The notes beneath the pieces were generated by a model. It searched no databases and was not told where the DNA came from. It saw nothing but the letters and a program-made list of their open reading frames with translations. A program made the translations under genes and the position numbers. 64,000 nucleotides of DNA from a plasmid: the sequence record OW969666.1. One strand, given 5' to 3'. Position 1 is the first letter of the stretch. Each line of letters starts with the position of its first letter. Shown here piece by piece: positions 1 to 7,857 of this stretch.

Positions 1-792
1 GAAGACCGGGTAGCTGAAGAACAGGCGCGTCAGGAACGTGAAAGCAATGTGATCAGACACACCACGCCTGAAATTCCCGCCGACGCTTATCCGGCAACGC
101 TGGTAAAAGCTATGTCAGCCGAACGGACTCTCGCCGTTCAGGCCGAACTGGCGGGTCGTCCCGACGTATCGGTGGCGCTCCTGACGTGGACACTGTGCCT
201 CAGTATGTTTGATCGCAGCTACGGTAAACGCAGCGAACCGCTGAAAGCCTCCGTGTCCTCGAATCAGTATCACCTTGCATCACTGGCTCCATCCGGTGAA
301 GAAGGGAAGGCGCTGACGGCGCTCAAAGCGCAGAAAGAGGCGCTTCAGGCAACGCTGCCCGAAAACTGGCATCTCGATTTCACCTGGCTGCTTTCATGGT
401 CAGCGGAGCAGGTGAACACCCTGCTGGGATTCTGTGCAGCGCACGGTATCAACGGTATTCAGGAACGTATGTACAACCATACGCAGAAAAGCGAACTGGA
501 CGGGCTGGAAGCGGCGCTGGACTTTGACCTGCGCAAATGGTGGCAGCCGGATGCTGAGAGCTACTTCGGCAAGCTCACCATCCCCCAGATTGGCAAAGCC
601 TACGAAGAAGCCGGACTCAGTGCCCGCGCTGGAGAGATTGTGAAGCTCAAGCGCCGCGATGCGGCGAAGGCCGCCGAGCAGGATCTGAATGCTCAGGGCT
701 GGCTGCCTGACTGGATGGTGCGCACATCACCAGCCGCTGAGGCTGAAGAAGCCACCGAAACCGACGCTCACACCACTGACCACGCTGCTTAA
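1..792 (+). CDS. Leading-region ParB/Srx-like nuclease-domain family protein, C-terminal fragment (5' end lies outside window)
   Basis: ORF runs from the window edge to TAA at 790-792. Its position immediately upstream of psiB matches the large ParB-like ORF of IncF leading regions. The acidic Ala/Glu-rich tail is typical. No catalytic motif is visible in this part. Confidence 0.45.
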   Translation, partial: EDRVAEEQARQERESNVIRHTTPEIPADAYPATLVKAMSAERTLAVQAELAGRPDVSVALLTWTLCLSMFDRSYGKRSEPLKASVSSNQYHLASLAPSGEEGKALTALKAQKEALQATLPENWHLDFTWLLSWSAEQVNTLLGFCAAHGINGIQERMYNHTQKSELDGLEAALDFDLRKWWQPDAESYFGKLTIPQIGKAYEEAGLSARAGEIVKLKRRDAAKAAEQDLNAQGWLPDWMVRTSPAAEAEEATETDAHTTDHAA

Positions 793-829
793 TACCGGAG
801 GCCGCCGCCTTCGGGCGGCGGGAACAGAC

Positions 830-1255
830 ATGACTATGCAATATGACCTGAACCAAATCAACAAACTGACCGCCTCCGACCTGGAGTTTATCCGTCAGCA
901 GGGCGAGGACGCGCGCCGCGCTCTCAGCGATACCGTGACCGGCCTCCTGTCCACACCAGAAGGATGGCGCGTCTGCGCCGAATACCGCAGCGAGTTCGGC
1001 GGCTTCTTCCCCGTCCAGTGCCGCTTCAGCGCGGACGGCAGTGATGACTGGCATCTGTGCGTGTGCAGCTCCGGCGAAGTCTCACCGTACTGGCTTCTGG
1101 TGCTGCTCTCCTCCGGCGGGGAAGTGGTGTGTACCCTTTACCAGAGCGACACGCTCCAGCCTGACCGGATACCTGACACGGAAATCGCTTTGCGAAATCC
1201 GGTACAGGGACACGGACAGGGAGGTGGCAGCTTTTATGGCTTACGAATCCGCTAA
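830..1255 (+). CDS. psiB: PsiB (plasmid SOS-inhibition protein B) with a replaced C-terminus from a deletion fusion
   Basis: The sequence MTMQYDL...[16 protein letters not shown]...LCVCSSGEV...[11 protein letters not shown] aligns with F PsiB ([17 protein letters not shown]...LCSPGDV...VLVLVNAGGE). The last ~30 residues ([31 protein letters not shown]) are read from a hok gene in the wrong frame. Confidence 0.75.
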   Translation: MTMQYDLNQINKLTASDLEFIRQQGEDARRALSDTVTGLLSTPEGWRVCAEYRSEFGGFFPVQCRFSADGSDDWHLCVCSSGEVSPYWLLVLLSSGGEVVCTLYQSDTLQPDRIPDTEIALRNPVQGHGQGGGSFYGLRIR

Positions 1256-1259
1256 GTAG
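1170..1259 (+). pseudogene. hok: hok-family toxin 3' remnant (last 29 codons only)
   Basis: The frame overlapping the psiB 3' end translates to [31 protein letters not shown]. This is nearly identical to the Hok/FlmA C-terminus [28 protein letters not shown]. There is no Hok N-terminus, mok or sok upstream. Confidence 0.7.
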
Positions 1260-1264
1260 CTAAC

Positions 1265-1287
1265 CCCGGCGGGGGGAAACCCCCGCC
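1265..1287. other. GC-rich hairpin (ggcggggg-aaa-cccccgcc) directly after the hok remnant
   Basis: Perfect 8-bp inverted repeat with an AAA loop; it is not followed by a T-tract. It may be part of the hok mRNA 3' fold-back region or an ssDNA structure. Confidence 0.25.
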
Positions 1288-1584
1288 ATTCAGGGGCTGA
1301 GATTGTGTGGACATGCCTGAAGCGCCTTTATGAAGGGGTTGCCGGTTCGCCGGTAGCCCCTTTTTCCTTCCCGACGCGACCGCACGCCTGAACCTCCGGG
1401 AAGGGCTGTTCCCCTGCGGGGAACGGGGGAAGGGGGACGCGCCTTCGGCGCTGCCCCTCTGCTCCCTCTGCCTGATCCTCCCCCCTGCCTGTCCTGCCTG
1501 ATTTTGTTGAATTCGAAACTCTGTGAGCTACCTGCTCATACCGGGCTTCAGCCTGGTGTGCCCGATGTTCTTTATCCCGGGCGT

Positions 1585-2190
1585 CATATCCGGCGTCCTG
1601 CCGGTTAACTTTCGCATCTGCAGCTCCGTGGCTATAACCCGAAAACAGGGCAGGGCGATGGCCCCCTTCGGCTCCCGGCCCGCGTGGCGGTCCGGTCGTC
1701 GAGCCCCACTCCGCCAGGTCGGCTGCTGACGCACCCGCCGGGCTCCGCCGAACCCGCAAGCGGTTTCGGGCTGACGCTAGGGTCTGATGGCTGAGGTCAA
1801 CCCCCTGGCTTGCACCGGCCGGAGGCCGGGCCGCCCTGAGCGCGCCGGCGGAGCCGTCGCTTTAAGGCCGCCACGCCGTTCCGACGTGTCGGGTGCGTGC
1901 ATCCTGTTCACCCGGTGAGGCCATCCCCCGTGCGTCCTCACGCGGAGGGCTGCTTGTAGCACCGTCGGGTCGTCATCCAAGGGGTGAAATGCACTCCGCC
2001 AAAACTTTTTGCGTGCCGCAAAAACTTTTGTCTCCGCCCCTTTCCTTCCGCCCTTCGCCGTTGCTCCTTTTGCCCTTTGCCGCGAGAGAACTCACCAGGG
2101 AGATGGACAACCATCACCACAGGAGAAAACCAGGATGCACACACAAAACGTCAACGTCAAAACCGCCGCTCCCGAATCTTCCAGGAAGAT
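1585..2190 (+). repeat. Leading-region repeat, copy A (~605 bp): GC-rich hairpin-rich region plus palindromic operator-like site, RBS and first ~14 codons of the downstream gene
   Basis: About 95% identical to 4606-5212. It contains the palindrome caaaactttttgcgtgccgcaaaaacttttg, and aggagaaaacc is followed by an ATG. Confidence 0.6.
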
Positions 2191-2449
2191 AGGGGGAAAA
2201 ACCGTGTCGTACACGATCCTCGTCGCTGAGCAGAAAAAAAACTCAGCGGAGGAACCTGATGTTCTGGAGTTCAGCAGCCTGGCTGAGCTGAAGAAACTGC
2301 GCAGACGCTGCCCCGAAACGATGCGCTGCACCTATTTCTACGCCCTCAGCAGCGGCGTCGATAAACAGTTCCGCCATATCCATGTGGCTGAAGCTGACCA
2401 CTTCAAACAGTTTGTGCGCCTGATCGCGCGTGCAGGTATCGACATTTAA
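2135..2449 (+). CDS. Hypothetical leading-region protein (104 aa); N-terminal 14 codons are encoded inside repeat copy A
   Basis: RBS aggagaaaacc precedes ATG 2135, and the ORF reads toward oriT like the other leading genes. Its N-terminus MHTQNVNVKTAAPES is shared with the 5157 gene. Confidence 0.55.
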   Translation: MHTQNVNVKTAAPESSRKIGGKTVSYTILVAEQKKNSAEEPDVLEFSSLAELKKLRRRCPETMRCTYFYALSSGVDKQFRHIHVAEADHFKQFVRLIARAGIDI

Positions 2450-2509
2450 ACACGGTTCACCCCGTGCGGCAGCCGCCGCACGGAACCTCATAAGACAGGA
2501 GCCAGAAAT

Positions 2510-2971
2510 ATGAACGTTAACACCCCGGCCGCTGCACCAATGGCCTTTTTCGTTCCGTCCCATAACGCCGTTTATGACCGCGCAACCCAGCTGGAAGGGC
2601 AGTGGGTGACTCAGCGTGAAGCGATAACGCTGGAATCCCTGCGCCGTCTCTATCCGGATGCGGAGCTGATCCCCGCGACTCTGGTTCAGGAAAAGCAGAA
2701 TGACGGCTATCGCCGTCCCTGGGTGGAAATCACCGGGGCCCGGTACATCGACCAGCTGGAAACGCTGCCGCCAGTGGACTGGTGCAGAGGGTATGGCGGG
2801 GAGTCGTTCAAATCGATGGAGTTTACGGGCGGGGATGTGACCGCAATTTTCGTCCGGTACGGCGCGCGTTTCTTTGAGTGCCATGACCTGCACACCCGCC
2901 ATCACCGGGAGCTGATTGGCGACGTGATCGCCCGTTTCTGTCTCGATGCGCCGCTGAATTCCGCGCATTAA
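2510..2971 (+). CDS. Conserved plasmid leading-region protein (153 aa), possibly YafX/YfjX-like anti-restriction family
   Basis: RBS aggagccagaaat precedes ATG 2510 and the ORF is clean. Its size and neighbourhood resemble the YafX/YfjX class of CP4 prophages and IncF leading regions. The family assignment is not verifiable here. Confidence 0.5.
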   Translation: MNVNTPAAAPMAFFVPSHNAVYDRATQLEGQWVTQREAITLESLRRLYPDAELIPATLVQEKQNDGYRRPWVEITGARYIDQLETLPPVDWCRGYGGESFKSMEFTGGDVTAIFVRYGARFFECHDLHTRHHRELIGDVIARFCLDAPLNSAH

Positions 2972-3058
2972 AAAAGCAGGGTTGCCCCTGCTTTCTCAAC
3001 GCCGGGTAGCCGCAGCAACGGTGAACCGGCAATCACAACCAAAGTAAGGAGATTGATC

Positions 3059-3259
3059 GTGAAATTTGACCCGCAAACTGTCGCACAGGCGAAGGCATTT
3101 GTAAATGCCCTCCGCGCCGGAAAACGCGCTCGCGTACCCGCGCTGCGCTTCTCACAGTGGCAGCCGTTCCTGTCCGTGGTAAATGCCGAAACGGGCTACG
3201 CCACCGATGCTGACTGTGGTCTGGCTGTCAGCGTCTACCCGGCGCTTGGACTGGCTTAA
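3059..3259 (+). CDS. Small hypothetical protein (66 aa; DUF905/YkfF-like size class)
   Basis: aaggag is followed 8 nt later by GTG 3059 (a TTG at 3053 is too close to the SD). Confidence 0.45.
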   Translation: MKFDPQTVAQAKAFVNALRAGKRARVPALRFSQWQPFLSVVNAETGYATDADCGLAVSVYPALGLA

Positions 3260-3299
3260 CAGGAGACGGCCGCCTGCGGGCGGCCGGTAAGGAGAAACC

Positions 3300-4091
3300 A
3301 TGTCACAACTGAGTTTTGAATCCCTGTTCCTGGCAGACCAGGCTGATCTGCAGCCGCGGGCTTCCGCACCGGCCCGGATGCTGTCGCCAGCTGAGGCGCG
3401 TAAACAGTTCGCCAGTGTGTTCCGGCAAACGGCGAAAAATATGCGCCGTTCCGAAGTGTTCAGTGACTTCATCACCCTGGCAGCCAGCGAGCTGGATCTG
3501 GCCCGTATTCGTTCGCCGGAGAACATCGAAAACAGCCGTCGCATCTGCGCACGGTATCAGCCGGACGATTTAGACGCCATGAAGCAGCTGTTCTGCCTGT
3601 TGGTTGAGGGGCTGGCGGGTGACATTCATGATTTCCTCGGCGCTCTGTATATGGAGCAGGAGCTGGGCGCGGACGAAATGGGGCAGTATTTCTCTCCGTC
3701 CTGCATCTCCCGTCTGATGGCCGGACTACTCATGCCCGGCGCTCAGGAGACGATAAAGCGTGAGGGGTGGATGACGCTCGATGAGCCAGCCTGCGGCAGC
3801 GCCGGTATGGTCATTGCCTTTGCATACTGGATGGCTGAAGCGGGATATAACCCGTCTGAACAGCTATATGCCACCTGCACCGACATCGATCCAATGGTGG
3901 CTGATATGGCCTTTATCCAGCTGGCTCTGCTGGGTATTCCCGCGAAAGTCGTGACCGGTAATACGCTGACCCTGAAAGCGAACCGCGTGCGTTACACCCC
4001 CGTGTATTACTTCAATGACTGGCAGGGCCGTCTGGCATTTCGCAGTCGTCTGGATGCAATGAAGAACTTTCTGGCCACCGTGGCCGCCTGA
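3300..4091 (+). CDS. HsdM-like N6-adenine methyltransferase-fold protein (263 aa) without recognisable NPPF/Y catalytic motif
   Basis: GQYFSPSCISRLMAGLL matches the HsdM motif X (GxFYTPxxV). LDEPACGSAGMV matches the SAM motif I (DPACGSGGFL). TDIDPMVADMAFIQLALLGI matches the HsdM (Q/E)EINPTTYRLAKMNLLLHGI block. The ORF ends before an NPPF/Y motif is found. Confidence 0.65.
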   Translation: MSQLSFESLFLADQADLQPRASAPARMLSPAEARKQFASVFRQTAKNMRRSEVFSDFITLAASELDLARIRSPENIENSRRICARYQPDDLDAMKQLFCLLVEGLAGDIHDFLGALYMEQELGADEMGQYFSPSCISRLMAGLLMPGAQETIKREGWMTLDEPACGSAGMVIAFAYWMAEAGYNPSEQLYATCTDIDPMVADMAFIQLALLGIPAKVVTGNTLTLKANRVRYTPVYYFNDWQGRLAFRSRLDAMKNFLATVAA

Positions 4092-4132
4092 CTGACAGAG
4101 CGGCAGGGCAGACCTGCCGCAGGGAGATAAAA

Positions 4133-4468
4133 ATGACAAGCAACACACTGAACGCTGTTCCGGCGACCGTGCTGGAGACCATGGCAGAATGCCTCAACGG
4201 CCAGCCTGAACCGCTAAAAATCCGCAACAACGACGATCACGCTGCACTGGCTGCAGATGTGCTCTGGCAGTTTGCCCGAAAAACCGGGCTGAACAGGGAA
4301 AGCGAGAGCGTGCAAACCGTCATCACTGATTTTCTGGCCAATCTTCTGCACCTGTGCAAACAGTGCGATCCTGACGGGGCAGGTATCGACGGATTTAATG
4401 CCCTGCTGAATATGGCCATGATGCATTATGAGCAGGAAAACGGAGGTGACAGCGAAGAACCAGTTTGA
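4133..4468 (+). CDS. Hypothetical leading-region protein (111 aa)
   Basis: RBS agggagataaaa precedes ATG 4133, and the ORF is co-oriented with the leading genes. Confidence 0.5.
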   Translation: MTSNTLNAVPATVLETMAECLNGQPEPLKIRNNDDHAALAADVLWQFARKTGLNRESESVQTVITDFLANLLHLCKQCDPDGAGIDGFNALLNMAMMHYEQENGGDSEEPV

Positions 4469-4605
4469 TCGGGAGTCTGTGCCCTGGTGGATGCCATCAG
4501 GGCAACCGCAAAAAAACGCTTCCCCTTCGGGGAAACAGGGAGGGCGAAAGCGCCTCCGGCGCTCCTGCCATTCCCCGCTACCGTACTTCTCTCCTTACCT
4601 GCCTT

Positions 4606-5212
4606 CAGAACCGGCGTCCTGCTGGTCAACTTTCTCAGCTGCAGCTTTGTTATGGCCATAACCCGAAAGCAGGGCAGGGCGATGGCCCCCTTCGGCTCCC
4701 GGCCCGCGTGGCGGTCCGGTCGTCGAGCCCCACTCCGCCAGGTCGGCTTCTGACGCACCCGCCGGGCTCCGCCGAACCCGCAAGCGGTTTCGGGCTGACG
4801 CTAGGGTCTGATGGCTGAGGTCAACCCCCTGGCTTGCACCGGCCGGAGGCCGGGCCGCCCTGAGCGCGCCGGCGGAGCCGTCGCTTTAAGGCCGCCACGC
4901 CGTTCCGCCGTGTCGGGTGCGTGCATCCTGTTCACCCGGTGAGGCCATCCCCCGTGCGTCCTCACGCGGAGGGCTGGTCGTAGCACCGTCGGGTCGTCAT
5001 CCGAAGGGTGAAATGCACTCAGACAAAAGTTTTTGCGTGCCGCAAAAACTTTTGTCTGCGCCCTTCTCCTGCCACCCCGCCGTCGCTCCTTTTGCCCTTT
5101 GCCGCGAGAGAACTCACCAGGGAGATGGACAACCATCACCACAGGAGAAAACCAAAATGCACACACGAAACGTCAACGTCAAAACCGCCGCTCAAGAATC
5201 TACCGGAAGATG
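4606..5212 (+). repeat. Leading-region repeat, copy B (~605 bp), upstream of and overlapping the start of the 5157 gene
   Basis: Near-identical to 1585-2190, including the palindromic site, RBS, ATG and first 14 codons. It is preceded by short GC hairpins (ccccttcgggg, gcgcctccggcgc). Confidence 0.6.
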
Positions 5213-5450
5213 TGATTCAAACCTCACCACGTCCCAGTTCACGGATCTGTTCTGCTGGGTCCTGGCAGCATCGGAAGGGGAGCCACAACCGACAATTTTT
5301 ACGCCGCCAGAGAATGCCACTGAGCTGACGTTAATTAATGACGAATGCCCGGATTATATCTCTGTCTGGGTTGTAGATGGTCGCCCGGTGGCAGCTGCAA
5401 TGCCGCTGGATAATTTTCACCGCGTTATTCCTTCATCACTTACTAAATAA
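5157..5450 (+). CDS. Hypothetical leading-region protein (97 aa) sharing its N-terminal 14 residues with the 2135 gene
   Basis: MHTRNVNVKTAAQES is followed by a unique sequence. The ORF starts inside repeat copy B. Confidence 0.55.
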   Translation: MHTRNVNVKTAAQESTGRCDSNLTTSQFTDLFCWVLAASEGEPQPTIFTPPENATELTLINDECPDYISVWVVDGRPVAAAMPLDNFHRVIPSSLTK

Positions 5451-5466
5451 TCAGGAGTAAATAAAA

Positions 5467-6288
5467 ATGGTCAGTTTCGCAAGCCGCTATCGTATGCCTG
5501 TCTCGATCCGTAAAGACCGTCCGCTGACAAATGAGGAATTACAGCTCATCGTTCCGAGCGCGTTCTCATCGGATAAACACGATTCACGCTCTGAACGTTA
5601 TACATATATCCCGACCATAAATATTCTTGACCGTTTACGTGATGAAGGGTTTCAGCCGTATTATGCAACGCAGTCACGCACACGTGACCAGGATAAACGA
5701 GAATTTACAAAACATATGCTTCGCCTGCGTCGTCATGACCAGATTAACGGGAAAGAAGTACCGGAAATTATTCTGCTGAATAGCCATGATGGTTCAAGCA
5801 GCTATAAAATGATCCCCGGTATGTTCCGTCAGGTTTGCAGTAATGGTCTGGTTGCATGGAAGGATTTTGGTGAAATCCGCGTACCCCACAAAGGGGATAT
5901 TGTCGGGCAGGTTATTGAAGGCGCTTACACGGTGCTGAAAACATTTGACGCGGTTGATGAAAATATTGACCTCATGAAAAGCATTCAGCTTACTTTGCCT
6001 GAGCAGCGACTTTTTGGTGCGACCGCTCTGGAACTTAAGTACGATGGAAAACCAGCGCCGATTACGCCGGAGCAAATTATTAACCCACGCCGGGTACTCG
6101 ACAGAGGCCAGGATTTATGGACCACGTTTAACGTAGTACAGGAAAATGTGATCCGTGGGGGGATTCGTGGCAGAACGCAAAAAGGGAAGGTGGCCAGAAC
6201 GCGGGAAGTCACCGGAATTGATGGTGACATCAAATTAAATCAGGTGCTCTGGAAAATGGCGGAGGAGTTTGCAAAACTGAAGGCCTGA
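5467..6288 (+). CDS. DUF932 family protein (YafZ/YfjQ-like, 273 aa)
   Basis: Length and composition match the 273-aa DUF932 proteins of E. coli CP4-6/CP4-57 and plasmid leading regions. RBS caggagtaaataaaa precedes the ATG. Confidence 0.6.
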   Translation: MVSFASRYRMPVSIRKDRPLTNEELQLIVPSAFSSDKHDSRSERYTYIPTINILDRLRDEGFQPYYATQSRTRDQDKREFTKHMLRLRRHDQINGKEVPEIILLNSHDGSSSYKMIPGMFRQVCSNGLVAWKDFGEIRVPHKGDIVGQVIEGAYTVLKTFDAVDENIDLMKSIQLTLPEQRLFGATALELKYDGKPAPITPEQIINPRRVLDRGQDLWTTFNVVQENVIRGGIRGRTQKGKVARTREVTGIDGDIKLNQVLWKMAEEFAKLKA

Positions 6289-6316
6289 AAATTAAGCCGC
6301 TCAACAGAGCGGCTTT

Positions 6317-6856
6317 TTACTGCCCGCTATGTAACGAGGTCGTTTCCGCAATTTGCATTGCATGCTCCTTTCCCGCAGCTGGCGCCAGACGTTCAGAAAG
6401 TAGCTTTTTTCTGGCCAGCAATACACGATATATATTTTTGATATCCTGAGCATACGCCTTGCGCTGCGCAATGAGCTTTTTGCTCGGCCCCGTATTATAC
6501 ATCCCTACGCTGTCCCAGTTTTTTCCGTATGACCTGAAGTTGTGCGCCAGTACCCATGCACCCGTATAAACGCAGATGCATGGATCATTCAACAGTCGCT
6601 CACGGGTAATATTGAAATTTTTAAGTTTACCGTAATGGGAACTGTTCACCTGCATCCCGCAGACATCTTCTGTTCCATTCCTGTTTGATCCATTTATCGC
6701 ACCCGGCTTAAGTCTGCTCTCTTTAATTGAAATTGACATAAGCAGCAGCGGATCAATTTGATAATCTTTCCCGGCCTGATCAAAGCACATCTGGGGAGCT
6801 GCGCCAGCAGACATGGAAAGGGTCAGCAATGCCGCAGGTAGTATCGATATTTTCAT
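6317..6856 (-). CDS. Lytic transglycosylase (F gene X/orf169, R1 P19 family) with signal peptide
   Basis: Signal-peptide N-terminus MKISILPAALLTLSMSAGAA. The catalytic-Glu motif context LMSISIKESRL is present. The gene lies adjacent to oriT, as in F. Confidence 0.8.
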   Translation of the reverse strand: MKISILPAALLTLSMSAGAAPQMCFDQAGKDYQIDPLLLMSISIKESRLKPGAINGSNRNGTEDVCGMQVNSSHYGKLKNFNITRERLLNDPCICVYTGAWVLAHNFRSYGKNWDSVGMYNTGPSKKLIAQRKAYAQDIKNIYRVLLARKKLLSERLAPAAGKEHAMQIAETTSLHSGQ

Positions 6857-6989
6857 GGTTTGGCCTTTTAACGAAATACACGGGCTCTGGAGAGTCGCCT
6901 TAAAAAATACCCCGACGGATCGTCGTAATCAAGTTAATTCACTACAAACGCGCGTGAGCGCTCTCCTGAAGGGATTTAACACCCGTCCG

Positions 6990-7430
6990 AAATAAACATA
7001 TCAGAGCAGTAGACGGTATTAACACGCCGCTCTTTATTAACCCCTTAAAACATCACACCCCACGCAAGACTTTGTCTTGCAGATTTTTCTTTTAATTTCA
7101 GGTGCATATCTGTGATAAATTTGCGCGTTATTGAAGTGTGACCGTCTAATGTCGCACACACCGACACTACACTATCGTATAATCCTGATACCTGTTAGTG
7201 TCGGTATGTCACACATGTATCGTACAATTGTAGATATGCTTTAATTACATTGAATTATATATCGCACAGTGTCACACTGTCGCACATCCTGGTGCTGGAT
7301 TGTACTACTGTACAAAACAGAGATTCGCAGCAGTATCAACCCATTACACCTTTGCACAGCATTTTGATAAACCACCAACAGGCCATATGTAGTGTCGGTT
7401 CCGACACTAACTTAAAACAGGTAAGAAATA
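6990..7430. promoter_or_regulatory. oriT: oriT region; nic motif on the minus strand (cttgcgtggggtgt|gatg, nick ~7054/7055) and TraM-binding palindromes
   Basis: The reverse complement of 7051-7068 matches the F nic consensus GCGTGGGGTGT|GGTG. Several GTCGG/CCGAC-containing palindromes follow (agtgtcggttccgacact at ~7388, cacaccgacactacac, tgtcggtatgtcacaca), typical of TraM sbm sites upstream of traM. Confidence 0.7.
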
Positions 7431-7825
7431 TGGGAAGAGTCGGTATCTACCTTAAAGATAAAATTGAACGCGAGGTTCGCGATATTATTCAACAAGACCT
7501 GCAAAACGGTGCCACCGCAGGAGAAGCAAACATGTCAGCCACCTGCAACGAATTAATCAGGCTTGGGCTTCTGGTTTATAAACGCGATGGCGAGGATGGC
7601 AATCATTTCGATATAGAAGGATACCGAAGGGACCTCATAAGAAAAGCAGCAGGTTCACGCGAAGGTACAGTTCTTATTGCCACACTACTTGCTGAGATGT
7701 ATTTAAAAATGACAGGAAAAGATGGCGAAGGAAGGTTGGAAGATACACTTGATATGATTTTAAACGGCATAAACACAGCCGAGGATGAGGCGGAAACAAG
7801 ACACTTCATCAACGAAAAGAAATAA
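7430..7825 (+). CDS. traM: TraM relaxosome accessory protein (131 aa)
   Basis: MGRVGIYLKDKIEREVRDII...ATCNELIRLGLLVY parallels the F TraM N-terminal DNA-binding region (VNLYISNDAYEKINAIIEKRRQEGA...SFSATASMLLELGL). RBS aggtaagaaat precedes the ATG. Confidence 0.8.
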   Translation: MGRVGIYLKDKIEREVRDIIQQDLQNGATAGEANMSATCNELIRLGLLVYKRDGEDGNHFDIEGYRRDLIRKAAGSREGTVLIATLLAEMYLKMTGKDGEGRLEDTLDMILNGINTAEDEAETRHFINEKK

Positions 7826-7857
7826 ATCCACGAGCCGGAAACCCCGGCTCGAATCGA

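Noticed and set aside
434-1054. ORFs 434..643(+) and 647..1054(-) overlapping the ParB-like and psiB genes
   Set aside because: They are fully nested in or antisense to better-supported genes. They have no RBS and show GC-rich codon bias artefacts.
1256-2134. Expectation of psiA downstream of psiB
   Set aside because: No ORF with PsiA size or composition exists. The interval is occupied by the hok remnant and repeat copy A.
1328-2331. Multiple short ORFs on both strands inside repeat copy A (e.g. 1328..1759-, 1523..1729+, 1893..2192+, 1938..2144-)
   Set aside because: The region is GC-rich and hairpin-rich, which generates open frames in all phases. The same spurious frames recur in copy B. 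The region is interpreted as regulatory/structural DNA.
4426-5166. ORFs 4426..4758(-), 4465..4818(+) and 4801..5166(-) in repeat copy B
   Set aside because: They are duplicates of the spurious frames in copy A. Arg/Pro-rich translations are typical of non-coding GC-rich DNA.
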